Source: the human T2T-CHM13v2.0 reference genome, Homo sapiens
Direction: 5' to 3' (one strand)
NCBI RefSeq assembly: GCF_009914755.1
Contig: NC_060938.1
Length of the DNA stretch: 64,000 nucleotides
The stretch's first letter is position 1. The number at the start of each line of letters is the position of its first letter. The notes beneath the pieces were generated by a model. That model searched no databases and was not told the DNA's origin. It was given only the letters and a program-made list of their open reading frames with translations. Positions 1 to 13,990 of the stretch are shown here, in pieces. A program made the translations under genes and the position numbers.

Positions 1-879
1 AGGAAATGAGAATGTCCAGTGTTTAATTAGAGCTTTTTGCATTGCTAACATATAAATCCCTCTGAACCCATCCCAATTTTTGAGTAAACTCAACTACACA
101 TAAAAATGACAGTGAGAGTGAGCAGTTGAGTCACCCCTGGGTAACTGTCATGAAGGAAAGAACACATGTGAAATAGCAAGATAATCCATAAATCGTTCTA
201 ATTCAGCAGACAGTGTAGAGGAATATAAAGAACCACAAGGATCTGCAATCATGGGAACCACTTTGTGTTTCCACAGGAAGTAAAATAAAGATTTGAGACA
301 ACATTATATGGATATTCAGGAATCAGGCCCCCACAGTGGTTGGCATTTAGTCCACATGTTAGAAGTTCTTAGTTCAGTGTGGTATTTGGTAAATGTTATC
401 TATTGACAGTATTGTTTAAAATTGGAGCACAGGTAGGAAGGTCCATCTGCAGCAACATAGGAAGGAGAAAGAGCCAGGACCTGGTAAGTGATCTGCCCAG
501 TAGTTTCTAGGGGAAATAACTGGGAAAAGGAGAAACTGCAAAACTCAAAGGATCATCCACGACATTCAGCAGCCTCAGGCAAAATTCCAGAATCAGTTTT
601 TACCAAGATGAGCCTAAGGTGAATTGTAGAATCTCAAGAATAGATAAAACTCAGTAGCTTAAAATCCATGCTTAAAACTCCAGATAAGCAAATAAGCAAT
701 GGGTTTTTCTGCAGGATATCTGCCCTAGGTTTTCAAGGCTATGAGTGAGGTTATGCACAGGCTATGAGTACCAATGCACATAGGACTCATAGCCAAATAA
801 GAAATAAAATACCGCATTATTAATGCTTGGGCAAGCAAATGATACTCCCTGTTGCTGGGCTTTTCAGTTAAATTGAAAG

Positions 880-1010
880 AATATTCTCTTCAAAAAATGG
901 TGCTGGGACAAATGGATATCCACATGCAAAAGAATAAAATTGTACTCCTATCTCACACTATATAGAAAATTAACTCAAAAAGATCAAAGACCTAAATTTG
1001 AGAGCTAAAA
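880..1010 (+). mobile_element. Old L1M ORF2 fragment
   Basis: aaatggtgctgggacaaatggatatccacatgcaaaagaataaaattg... matches the L1 ORF2 KWCW-NWISTCK region. Confidence 0.7.
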
Positions 1011-1331
1011 TGTAATAGAGTCTAATTCCATTTTTTGATGTTCGACTGCAAATAACTTTTAAGCCTATCCATGACTCTTCCCTTCTTCCACATGTCTGGG
1101 AAAGCTGATAAAGCTCAGATGCTGTCACCTTTAGTGTCATCAGGGGATTGAAATTGAAACACATAAGCTCCTGTTTGTCTGCAGGAACCCTCGCCCTGGC
1201 CCAATCCCCCACAATAGAAATCTCTAGCCAGTCTCCTTTCCTTGCCTTTCAATCCATTTTCAGACAAGCTTGAGAAGCCTTCCCTGCTTTCATCCAAAAT
1301 CCTCATAATAAAACTTTTTCACACTGTTGAG

Positions 1332-1362
<31 letters not shown>

Positions 1363-1368
1363 TGTGTG
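1332..1368. repeat. (TG)n microsatellite
   Basis: Direct reading. Confidence 0.95.
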
Positions 1369-1649
1369 ATCATCAGTCTTGACATCTAAATCAAATTTTG
1401 AGTGGTAATCTAGCCTGTACCTATGGAGTAGTCACAAAAGTTGATGCTGTGAGCCAGACTGTATCAATGTTGACCACCACCACTAGGGATCTTCCTTCTC
1501 TTGTTCTTGTCTTAACTGGGTACAAACCACTGCACCTAGCATGTAGGATATTTCCTCTGCTTGCTGGCAAGCTTGCACTTTGAGTTTTGCTGTACTGCGC
1601 AACATGTGTCGAGTCCTACAAAACCCCTGTTAAAAATTTAGCTCCAATA

Positions 1650-1970
<321 letters not shown>

Positions 1971-2325
1971 TTATATTTGCATTTGGGGATAAAAGTACAG
2001 TATTGGGGCCCTCCATAAAGTGGTCTTGGCTCATGTGTCTCAGGCTGGACCTATCTGTGTATCTTAGAATCCAGCTGTACCAGGTGCTGGGTTCTGGGAA
2101 AAGAATCTTACCCTGTAACCAGTTGGTTGTATCTCAACCTGGCACTGTCCCCTGGTCTATAAAATGCTTTTGGGAAAGACTATACTCTATGTGAGATATG
2201 ACTCCATCAGTGGTTGCTCATAAAAGAACAATCATTAGGAAGAGATTTTGTTGTTGTTGTTGTTGTCATTATTTTTTACTTCAGTGACTCTGATAGGTGT
2301 AAAGAGCTATCTCACTGTGGTTTTC

Positions 2326-5300
2326 TTTTTTTTTTTTTTTTTTGTACTTTAAGTTCTGGGGTACATGTGCACAACGTGCAGGTTTGTTACATAGGTACAC
2401 ATGTGCCATGTTGGTTTGCTGCACCCATTAACTCATTATTTACACTAGGTATTTCTCCTAATGCTATCCTTTCGCCACCCCGACAGGCCCCGGTGTGTGA
2501 TGTTCCCCTCCCTGTGTCCATGTGCTTTCACTGTTCAACTCCCACTTATGAGTGAGAACACACGGTGTTTTGTTTTCTGTTCTTGTGTTACCTTGCTGAG
2601 AATGATGGTTTCCAGTTTCATCCATGTCCCTGAAAAGGACATGAACTCATCCTTTTTTATGGCTGCATAGTACTCCATGGTGTATATGTGCCACATTTTC
2701 TTTATCCAGTCTATCATTGATGGGCATTTGGGTTGGTTCCAAGACTTTGCTATTGTGAATAGTGCTGCAACAAACATACCTGTGCATGTGCCTTTATAGT
2801 ACAATGATTTATAATCCTTTGGGTATAAACGCAGTAATGGGATTACTGGGTCAAATGGTATTTCTAGTTCTAGATCCTTGAGGAGTCACCACGCTGTCTT
2901 CCACTATGGTTGAACAAATTTGCACTCCCACCAACAGTGTAAAAGCATTCCTATTTCTCCACATCTTCTCCAGCACCTGTTGTTCCCTGACTTTTTAATG
3001 ATTGCCATTCTAACTGGTGTGAGATGGTATCTCATTGTGGTTTTGATTTGCATTTCTCTAATGATCAGTGATGATGAGCATTTTTTCATAAGTTTGTTGG
3101 ATACATAAATGTCTTCTTTTGAGAAGTGTCTATTCATATCCTTTGCCCACTTTTTGATAAGGTTGTATGTTTTTTTCTTGTAAATTTGTTTAAGTTCTTT
3201 GTATATTCTGGATATTAGCCCTTTGTCAGATGGATAGATTGTAAAAATTTTCTCCCATTCTGTAAGTGGCCTGTTCACTCTGATGATAGTTTCTTCTGCT
3301 GTGCAGAAGCTCTTTAGTTTAATTAGATCCCATTTGTTTATTCTGGCTGTTGTTACCATTGCTTTTGGTGTTTCAGTCATGAAGCCTTTGCCCATACCTA
3401 TGTCCTGAATGGTATTGCCTAGGTTTTCTTCTAGGGTTTTTATGGTTTTAGGTCTGACATTTGAGTCTTTAATCCATCTTGAGTTAATTTTTATATAAGG
3501 TGTAAGGAAGGGATCCAGTTTCAGCATACAGCTAGCTAGTTTTCCCAGCACCATTTATTAAATAGGGAATCCTTTCCCCATTGCTTATGTTTGTCAGGTT
3601 TGTCAAAGATCAGATGGTTGTAGATATGTGGTGTTATTTGTGAGGCCTCTGTTCTGTTCCATTGGTCTACATATCTGTTTTGGTACCAGTACCATGATGT
3701 TTTGGTTACTGTAGCCTTGTAGTATAGTTTGAAGTTGGGTAGCATGATGCCTCCAGCTTTGTTCTTTTTGCTTAGGATTGACTTGGCTATGCAGGCTCTT
3801 TTTTGGTCCCATATGAACTTTAAAGTAGTTTTTTCCAATTCTGTGAAGAAAGTCATTGGTAGCTTGATGGGGATGGCATTGAATCTATAAATTACCTTGG
3901 GCAGTATGGCCATTTTCCTGATATTGATTCTTCCTATCCATGAGCATGGAATGTTCTTCCATTTGTTTGTGTCCTCTTTTATTTCATTGAGCAGTGGTTT
4001 TTAGTGATCCTTGGAGTTTAGTTTGACTGGATATGAAATTCTGGGTTGAAAATTCTTTTCTTTAAGAATATTGAATATTGGCCCCAGCTCTATTGTGGCT
4101 TGTAGGGCTTCTGCTGAGAGATCCGCTGGTAGTCTGATGGGCTTCCCTTTGTGGGTAACCCGACCTTTCTCTCTGGCTGCCCTTAACATTTTTTCCTTCA
4201 TTTCAACCTTGGTGAATCTAGCAATTATGTGTCTTGGGGTTGCTCTTCTCGAGGAATATCTTTGTGGTGTTCTCTGTATTTCATGAATTTGAATGGTGAC
4301 CTGCCTTGCTAGGCTGGGGAAGTTCTCCTGGGTAATATCCTGAAGAGTGTTTTCCAACTTGGTTCCATTCTCCCCGTCACTTTCAGGTACACAATCAAAT
4401 GTAGATTTGGTCTTTTCACATAGTCCCATATTTCTTGGAGGCTTTGTTTGTTTCTTTTCACTCTTTTTTCTCTAATCTTGTCTTCTCACTTTATTTCATT
4501 AATTTGATCTTCAATCACTGATATCCTTTCTTCCACTTGATTATTTTGGCTATTGAAGCTTGTGTATTCTTCACAAAGTTCTTGTGCTGCATTTTTCAGC
4601 TCCATCAGGTCATTTATGTTCTTCTCTACACTGGTTATTCTAGTTAGCAACTTGTCTAACTTTTTTTTCAAGGTTCTTAGCTTTCTTGAGTTGAGTTAGA
4701 ACACAGTCCATTAGCTCGGAGGAGTTTGTTATTACACACCTTCTGAAGCCTACTTCTGTCAATTCGTCAAACTCATTCTCCATCCTGTTTTGTTCCCATG
4801 TTGGTGAGGAGTTGTGATTCTTTGAAGGAGAAGAGGCATTCTGGTTTTTGGAATTTTCAGCCTTCTGTGCTGGTTTCTCCCCATCTTGGTGGTTTAATCT
4901 ACCTTTGGTCTTTGATGTTGGTGACCTACAGATGGGGTTTTGGTGTGGACATCCTTTTTGCTGATGTTGATGCTATTCCTTTCTGTTTGTTGGTTTTCCT
5001 TCTAACAGTCAGGCCCCTCAGCTGCAGGTCTGTGGGAGTTTGCTGGAGGTCCACTCCAGACCCTGTTTACCTGGGTATCACCAGCAGAGGCTGCAGAACA
5101 GAAAATATTGCTGCCTGATCCTTCCTCTGGAAGCTTCGTCCCAGAAGGGCAACCACCAGATGCCAGGCAGAGCTCTCCTGTATGAGGTGTCTGTCGGCCA
5201 CTACTGGAAGGTGTCTCCCAGTCAGGCTACATGGGGGTAAGGGACCCACTTAAGGAGGCAGTCTGTCCATTATCAGAGCTCGAATGCTGTGCTGGGAGAA

Positions 5301-6050
5301 CCACTGCTGTCTTCAGAGCTGTCAGGCAGGGACGTTTACGTCTGCTGAAGCTGTACCCACAGCTGCCCCTTTCCCCCAGGTGCTCTGTCCCAGGGAGATG
5401 GGAGGATTTAACTATAAGTCCCTGACTAGGGCTGCTGCCTTTTGTTCAGAGATGCCCTGCCCACAGAGGTGGAATCTAGAGAAGCAGTCGGCCTTGCTGA
5501 GTTGCAATGGGCTCTGCCCAGTTTGAACTTTCCAGCGGCTTCGTTTACACTGTGAGCGTAAAACTGCCTACTCAAGCCTCAGCAATGGCAGATGCCCCTC
5601 CCCCTGCCAAGCTCCAGTGTCCCAGGTCGATCTCAGACTGCTGCGCTAGCAGCGGGAATTTCAAGCCAATGGATCTTAGCTTGCTGGGCTCTGTGGGTGT
5701 GGGACCCACCTAGACAGGCACTGGAGGGAGTCTCCTGGTCTGCTGGTTGAGAAGACCATGGGAAAAGTGCAGTATCTGGGCAGGAGTGTACCATTCCTCC
5801 CGGTACCGTCTCTCATAGCTTCCCTTGGCTAGGAAAGGGACATCCCCCAACCCCTTGCACTTCCCGGGTGAGGCAATGCCCCACCCTGCTTCAGCTCGCC
5901 CTCCGTGGGCTGCACGCACTGTCCAACCAGTCCCAATGAGATGAACCAGGTACCTCAGTTGGTAATGCAGAAATTACCCTTCTTCTGCATTGATCTCCCT
6001 GGGAGCTGCAGACCAGATCTGTTCCTATTCAGCCATCTTGCTGGAAAAAT
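2326..6050 (-). mobile_element. L1PA element with 5'UTR and 3' end present but a large internal deletion (end of ORF1 fused to the C-terminal part of ORF2)
   Basis: poly(T) 2326-2343. ORF2 C-terminal ORFs 2535-3913 (-). ORF1 pieces 4001-4671 (-). L1 5'UTR ending ...ctattcagccatcttg at ~6040. Confidence 0.92.
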
Positions 6051-6456
6051 GGGAGAGATTTTTAAAAAGAGAAAGAGACAGTGACAGAGAAAGAGAGAAG
6101 AAGAAACAAGCATCCATTATATGGTGGGCTGAAATTTACACTCTAAAGAACTAAGGGCTCACCAGAATACTTAAATATCTTGGTTGCTATGCTGCATATG
6201 CCTCTGTCACAACTAAGATCCTAATCTTCACGATAATAAGAAAAAACACCCATGGCACCCTTGTGGCACAGCAAAGGGGTTAATCCAAGTGTGACTTAAG
6301 CCTGGGATGCTTTAATCCTGTAAAACATCCATTGTCATGGGGCAGGTCCCTAACTTTGATGATATCTATTTGAGGCTCTCTGGTGAAAAAAAATTATGAA
6401 TATAAGCATGTTGGAGGAGTCTCCCTTCTCCCTTCTTGAAACATGTCTAGTAACAC

Positions 6457-6458
<2 letters not shown>

Positions 6459-6522
<64 letters not shown>
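6459..6522. repeat. (CA)n(GA)n compound microsatellite
   Basis: Direct reading. Confidence 0.95.
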
Positions 6523-6523
<1 letters not shown>

Positions 6524-6949
6524 GAAAAAGAAGGAAGGCTGGATACATGAGGAAGAAACAAACTAAAAGCTAACATAAAAGTCCACAGTTTGACCCAGCT
6601 GGAAATCCAAAATGTAAAAAAGAATGTATATAACAAAGATAAAAGGGCATTGACTGGCTTCTGTGCTTATATAAGTAACTTTAATATCAGCTAAAATGCA
6701 CCAATTGGCAAATTTTATGGATTTAATCAATACCAGGGATCCCACTATAGTTAAACAAGGTACCCCCTACACTCCTACGAGAGTAACCAAATATAAAATA
6801 GAGGACAAATAGGTATGCCCCACCTTGGTCACTGAAACGATCACCTTGCCTAAATTATCCACAGCCACAGCATTGACCTAAAATATACCATAGTGGACAT
6901 GGATGCTCTTACCCAGTGAGCAACAAATTAAAATTAAATTAAGCCTTTG

Positions 6950-7258
6950 GGGCTCAGCGTGGTGGCTCACACCTGTAATCCCAGCACTTTGGGAGGCCAA
7001 GGCAGATAGATCACATGAGGCCAGGAGTTCAAGACCAGCCTGGCCAACATGGTGAATCCCTGTGTCTACTAAAAATACAAAAATTAGCCAGGCATGGTGG
7101 CAGGCACCTGTAATCCCAGATACCCAGGGGGCTGAGGCAGGAGAATCTCTTCAACCCAGGAGGCAGAGGTTGCAGTGAGCCAAGATCACACCACTTCACT
7201 CACTCCAGCCTGGGCAACAGAGCGAGACTCTATCTCAAAAATAAATAAAGAAATAAAT
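6950..7258 (+). mobile_element. AluS
   Basis: Alu dimer consensus with A-rich tail. Confidence 0.9.
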
Positions 7259-7825
7259 ATCCCATTGGTACTTGACAAAATGTGACTTCATGGATCTTCT
7301 CCTCAAGTTAAAATAATTGATATGACCCAATGTAAATTAAAAGAATGATCGAAATCTATTTTATAAGATACATAGAGAAGGGGTGATTATCCTCACTACT
7401 TCTCCATTTAACTGCCTAATTTGGCCTGTATTTGAACTTGGAAAGAATGACTGCTATTGGCATCTCATGGTGGATTACCACAACATTAAACAACATTTGA
7501 TGGGTCCCCCCCCATCAAATCTTCTATACCCATTAGTATTAAAATTATTGACTCTATCCAAGCACCAGTTGATAAGTATTTTGTTATTATAGATTTGACT
7601 AATCTGTTCTGTTTAGTGACACTTTGAGAGTATCTGGAATGGGGAAAAGGAAAAACACAGATCTTGTCTAGACAGTTCAACACAGCAATTAAAAATACAA
7701 AAGAAGAGAAAGATGTCTGCCTTGTTCTAAAAGGGCAGGGCCTACTTGGGTGTGCTTACCATAGGAAGGTAGGCAGAACAAAATAGAATATCATGCATAA
7801 GTACTGATATTTAAAGCACAATGCC

Positions 7826-8196
7826 CTGCCATCTTAGTTTGGGCTTCTTCAACACAGCACGACAGACTGGGGTCTTATAAACAATAGAAATTTATTTCTC
7901 ACTGTTCTGGAGGCTGGCAGCTCAAGAGTAGGGAGGCAGCATGGTCAGGTTCTGGTGAGGGTCCTCTTTCAGGTTACAGACTTCTGACTTCTTGTGGCAT
8001 TCTCACATGGTAGAAGGGGCAAATGAGTTCCCTTGGTCCTATTTTCTAATGGCATTGATTTCATTCATGAGGGTTCCTCCCTCATGAATTAATCTCCTTC
8101 CAAAAGGACCCACCTCCTAATATCATCACTTTGGGGATTATGATTTCAACATAGGAATTTGGGGGTGGGGGTGGTGACAAATATCCAGTCCATAAT
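7826..8196 (-). mobile_element. MLT1 (MaLR) LTR
   Basis: tcttagtttgggct...cagactgggg...atttcaacataggaattt...cagtccataa, typical of MLT1A/B. Confidence 0.75.
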
Positions 8197-10469
8197 ACCT
8201 TCCTAAAAGTAATGCAGTTGCCAGTGAATGCCTTGGGCCCTAGCCAACCAGAATATCCACTTTTGTTCACATGGATAGGGGACACTTAGAAAAGGATGTG
8301 CAGAGGGCAGAAAGTGTAGGAAAATAAATGTACACAAACACACACCTGCCACACACAGACATACACACACTAGATATCTACCTATGCTTGTGTACAGGAC
8401 AAAGTTGAATTTCTAGAGGAGCATTAGGACACTATCACAAATAGAGAGATAACTTCATAAGAGTATGAGCCAAGTCACAAAATCAGCTCTATTTTGGCTG
8501 GATCAGGGACAGGACTAAGGTGAGCTAAATGAGACACCGAGGGTCTCCTTATATTTTGTGCCCTAAGCTTCTCTCTTGCCTCACCCTAGTTCTGGCCTGA
8601 GACCGAATTAACATATATGGGGTAAGAAGCAATATAACTCAGAAGACAGGAAAGCACTTTTCTGTGCAAAGGAAGCACAGAAATCCAGGTCTGATTAACA
8701 AAGGAGACTCAGGAGGAAGAAGCAATTCAAGAGTCATCACTGGATAAAAGGAACTCAGGTCTAAGAGGGTAAGTGCATTCCAACATGTCACAATAATCCA
8801 TGAAGTATATTATTGTAATATCAAAATTTTTATTTTAAAACTCTTATTGTATTATCTGTTAAAATTAATACAGTAATTAAAAAAATTAGTGGCTTAAAAC
8901 AACATTTATCTCACAGTTACATTTGGGTTGGAAATTTAAGCATGGCAATAGCTGGATCCTCTGGCCCAGGGTCTCTCAAAGGCTGCAATCAAGATGTCAG
9001 AGGATTGAAGAGCTCTTAAGCTCCAAATAGCCAGCGATACCAGCGATACCTAGGTATGCAGTGGGCCTTCTGTGAGACTCTGAGACTAGCTGGCTTCAAA
9101 TGAGACTCAGCACATTTCCAGCCATGGTGGCTATGGGGAGAGACTCCTTATGCTGGAGAAAAGTAGAGGGAAAAGTAAAGGGGACTTTTGCACCTTAGGT
9201 ACAGGCGCAGCCATAGTGGGGTAGAACATCAAGCGGGCTCTTGAGGTCCCTGATTCAAAGCCTTGGCTCCTGGACAGTAATTCTGGACCTGCCTTGGGCC
9301 AGAAGGGAGCCCACTGTCCTGAAGGGTGAGTCCCAGGCCAGGCAGCATCTACCACAAGCCGACTGAAGAACCCTTGGGTCTTAATGAACATCAGTGGTAG
9401 CCGGGCATTACTCCCTGTGGACCTGTAGTGGCAGTAGCCATAGGTGAGCTTCCTCTGCCTGTGGAAAGGGGAGGGAAGAGTGAGAAGGACCACGTCTTAT
9501 GGTTTGAGCACCACCTCAACCACAGTACAATAAACATCAGGTAGACACCTAGCTTTTTGACTCTAGTCCCTGGCTCCCAAATGGCATCTCTGGACCCCCG
9601 CAGGGCCTGGGGGAACTCATCGCCCTATAGGGAAGGACATATGCCTGGCTGGCTTCACCACCTGTGCATTGTAGACCCCCAGGCCATGAGAAGACATAGG
9701 TGGTAGCCAGATAGTGGTTACAGTGGGCCTTGGGCAAGACTCAGTACTGTGTGGGCTTCAGGTCTCACCTAGCATAATTCCAGTGGTGGTGGCCATAGGG
9801 CTACTTATGTTACCCCACCCCCAGCTCCAGGCGGCTCAGCACAGAGAAAGAAACTCCATTTCCTTGAGAGAACGTAAGGGAGGAGATCAAGAGTCTCTAC
9901 TTGGTAATCCAGAGAATTCTTCCAGATTTTATCCAAGACTATCAAAGTTGGTACCTCTATGAGTCTGTAAGAACCATAGCATTATTGGGCTTGGGGTGCC
10001 TCCTAATGCCAGTACAGCTTAGACCATGACACCCAGGTGATTTTAAATAGCTGGGAGACCTTCTCAAGAAGGATGGATACAAACAAACCCAGACTGTGTA
10101 AACTACAATAAATGCCCAACTGTTTAATGCCCAGACACAGACAAACATCCACAAGCATCAAGACCATCTAGGAAAACATGGCCTCACCAGGCTAAATGGG
10201 GCCCCAGAACTAAATGGGGCACCAGGAACCAATTCTGAAGAAACAGAGACATGAAACATTTCAGACAAAGAATTCAAAATAACTGTGCTGAGGAAACTCA
10301 AAGAAATTCAAGATAAAGCAGAGAAAAAAAAATCAGAATTCTATCAGATAAACTGAAGAAAGATATTTAAATAAAAAGAATCAAAAAGAAATTCTGGAGT
10401 TGAAAAATGCAATTGACATACTGAAAAGGCAGAAGAAAGAATGGGTGAGCTTAAAGACAGGCTATTTTA

Positions 10470-10841
<372 letters not shown>

Positions 10842-11573
10842 TCAAAAGGGCAAATCTAAGAGTCGTTGGTCTTAAAGAAGAGGTGGAGAAAGAGGGGGGT
10901 TAGAAAGTTTATTCAAAGGGACAATAACACAGAATTTTCCGAACCTAGCAAAATAAATCAATATCCAAGTACAACAAGGTTATAAGACATGAAGCAGATT
11001 TAACCCAAAGAAGACTGCCTCCAAGCAATTAATAATCAAATTCCCAAAGGTGAATGAAAAAGAAAGGACACTAAAAGCAGCAAGAGAAAATAAACAACAT
11101 GCAGTGGAGCTCTAATATGTCTGGCAGCAGACTTTTCAGTAGAAACTTTATGGGCCAATAGAGAATGGCATGACATATTTAAAGTGCCAAAGGAAAAAAC
11201 TTTCCTCCTAGGATAGTATATTCAGCGAAAATATCCTTCAAACATGAAGCTGGAATAAAGACTTTCCCAGACAAACAAAAGCTGAGGGATTTCATCAACT
11301 CCAGACCTGTACTACAAGAAATGGTAAGGGGAGTACTTAAATCAGAAAGAAAAGGATGTTAATGAGCAATAAGAAATTGTCTGAAAATTTAAAAACTCAC
11401 GGGTAAGTGCATAGAAAAACATAGAATACTATAACAATATGACTGTGGTGTGTAAACTACTCTTATCCTAAGTAGAAAGACTAAACAATGAAAAAAAACT
11501 ACAACTTTTTAAGTCACAGACAGTATGGTAAGCTACAAATAGAAACAACAAAAAGTTAAAAAGCAGGGGGAGG

Positions 11574-11881
11574 GGCTGGGTGCAGTGGCTCACACCTGTA
11601 ATCCAAGCACTTTGGGAGGCTGCGGTGAGTTGATCACCTGAGGTCAGTAGTTTGAGACCAGCCTGGCCAACATGGTAAAACCCCGTCTCTACAAAAATAC
11701 AAATAAAAATCAGCTGGGTGTGTTGTTGCATACCTGTAATCCCAGCTACTCAGGAGGCTGAGGCAGGAGAATCACTTGAACCCAGGAGGCGGACATTGCA
11801 GCGAGCCGAGACTGTGCCACTGCACTCCAGCCTGGGCAACAAGAGTGAAAACTCCATTTCAAAAAAAAAAAAAAAAAAAAA
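11574..11881 (+). mobile_element. AluS
   Basis: Alu dimer with TSD agcagggggag(g). Confidence 0.9.
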
Positions 11882-12184
11882 CCCCAGCAGGGGGAGGAAG
11901 TTAAGGTGTCAAGTTTTTATTAGTTTTCTTTTCACTTGTTTATGTAAACACTGTTAAGTTGTTATCAACTTAAAATAATGGTTTATAAGATAGTATTTTT
12001 AAGCCTCATGGTAACCTCAAATCAAAAATCATGCAACAGATACACAAAAAATAAAAAGCAAGATACTAAATCATACCACCAGAGAAAATCACCTTCACTA
12101 AAAGGAAGACAAGAAAAAAGGAAAGAAGAAAGCAAAGACCAGAAAACAAATAATGAAATGGCAGGAGTAAGACCTTACTTATTA

Positions 12185-12549
<365 letters not shown>

Positions 12550-13555
12550 GACATAGACTGGTTAACTGTATATAAAAATAAGAACATTGATCTGTTGCCT
12601 ACAAGAAACACACTTCACCTATAAAGACACATGTAGACTAAAAAAATAAATGGATAGAAAAAGGTACTCCATGCCAATGGAAAACAAAAAAAGAGCAGGA
12701 GTTACTATACTTATATCAAACAAAATAGATTTCAAGATAAAACTATAAAAAGAGACAAAGAAGATCACTATATAATGATAAAGGGGTCAATTCAGCAAGA
12801 GGGTATAACAATTTTAAATATACATGCACCCAATACTGGAGCACCAAGCTATGTAAAACAAATATTATTAGAGCTAAAGAGAGAGAGAGACTCAAATTCA
12901 GTATTAGCTGGAGACTTCAACACCCCACTTTCAGCACTGGACAGATCTTCCAGACAGAAAATCAAGACAAAAACATTGGACTTAATTTGCACTCTAGAAC
13001 AAATGTACCCAATAGATATTTACAGAACATTTCATCCAATGACTACAGAATACACATTCTTTTTCTCAGCACATGGATAATTCTCAAAGATAGACCATAC
13101 GTTACAACACAAAACACATCTTAAAACCGTCAAAAAATTGAAATAACAGCAAGCATCTTCTCTATGATAGAATAAAACTAGAAATCAATAACCAGAGGAA
13201 TTTTGGAAACTATACAAACACACAGAAAGTAAGCAATATGTTTCTGAATTACCAGTGGGTCAATGAAAAAATTAAGAAGGAAACTGAAAAATTTCTTGAA
13301 ACAAATAAGGGAAACACAACATGCCAAAACCTGTGGGATATAGAGAAAGCAGTACTAAGAGGGAAGTTTATAGCTATAAGTGCTTATGTCAAAAAAGAAG
13401 AAAATTTTTCAATAAACAACCTAATGATGCACCTTAAAAACCTAGAAAAGTGAAAGCAAACACCAAGTAGTAGAAAAAAATGATAAAGATATGAGCAGAA
13501 ATTAATGAATTTGAAGTGAAGAAAACAGTACAAAAATCAATGAAAAGTCATTTGA

Positions 13556-13990
<435 letters not shown>

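Noticed and set aside
1-870. Possible pseudogene remnant in unique sequence
   Set aside because: Partial manual translation of the minus strand gave stops and no recognisable protein. A BLASTX search would be needed.
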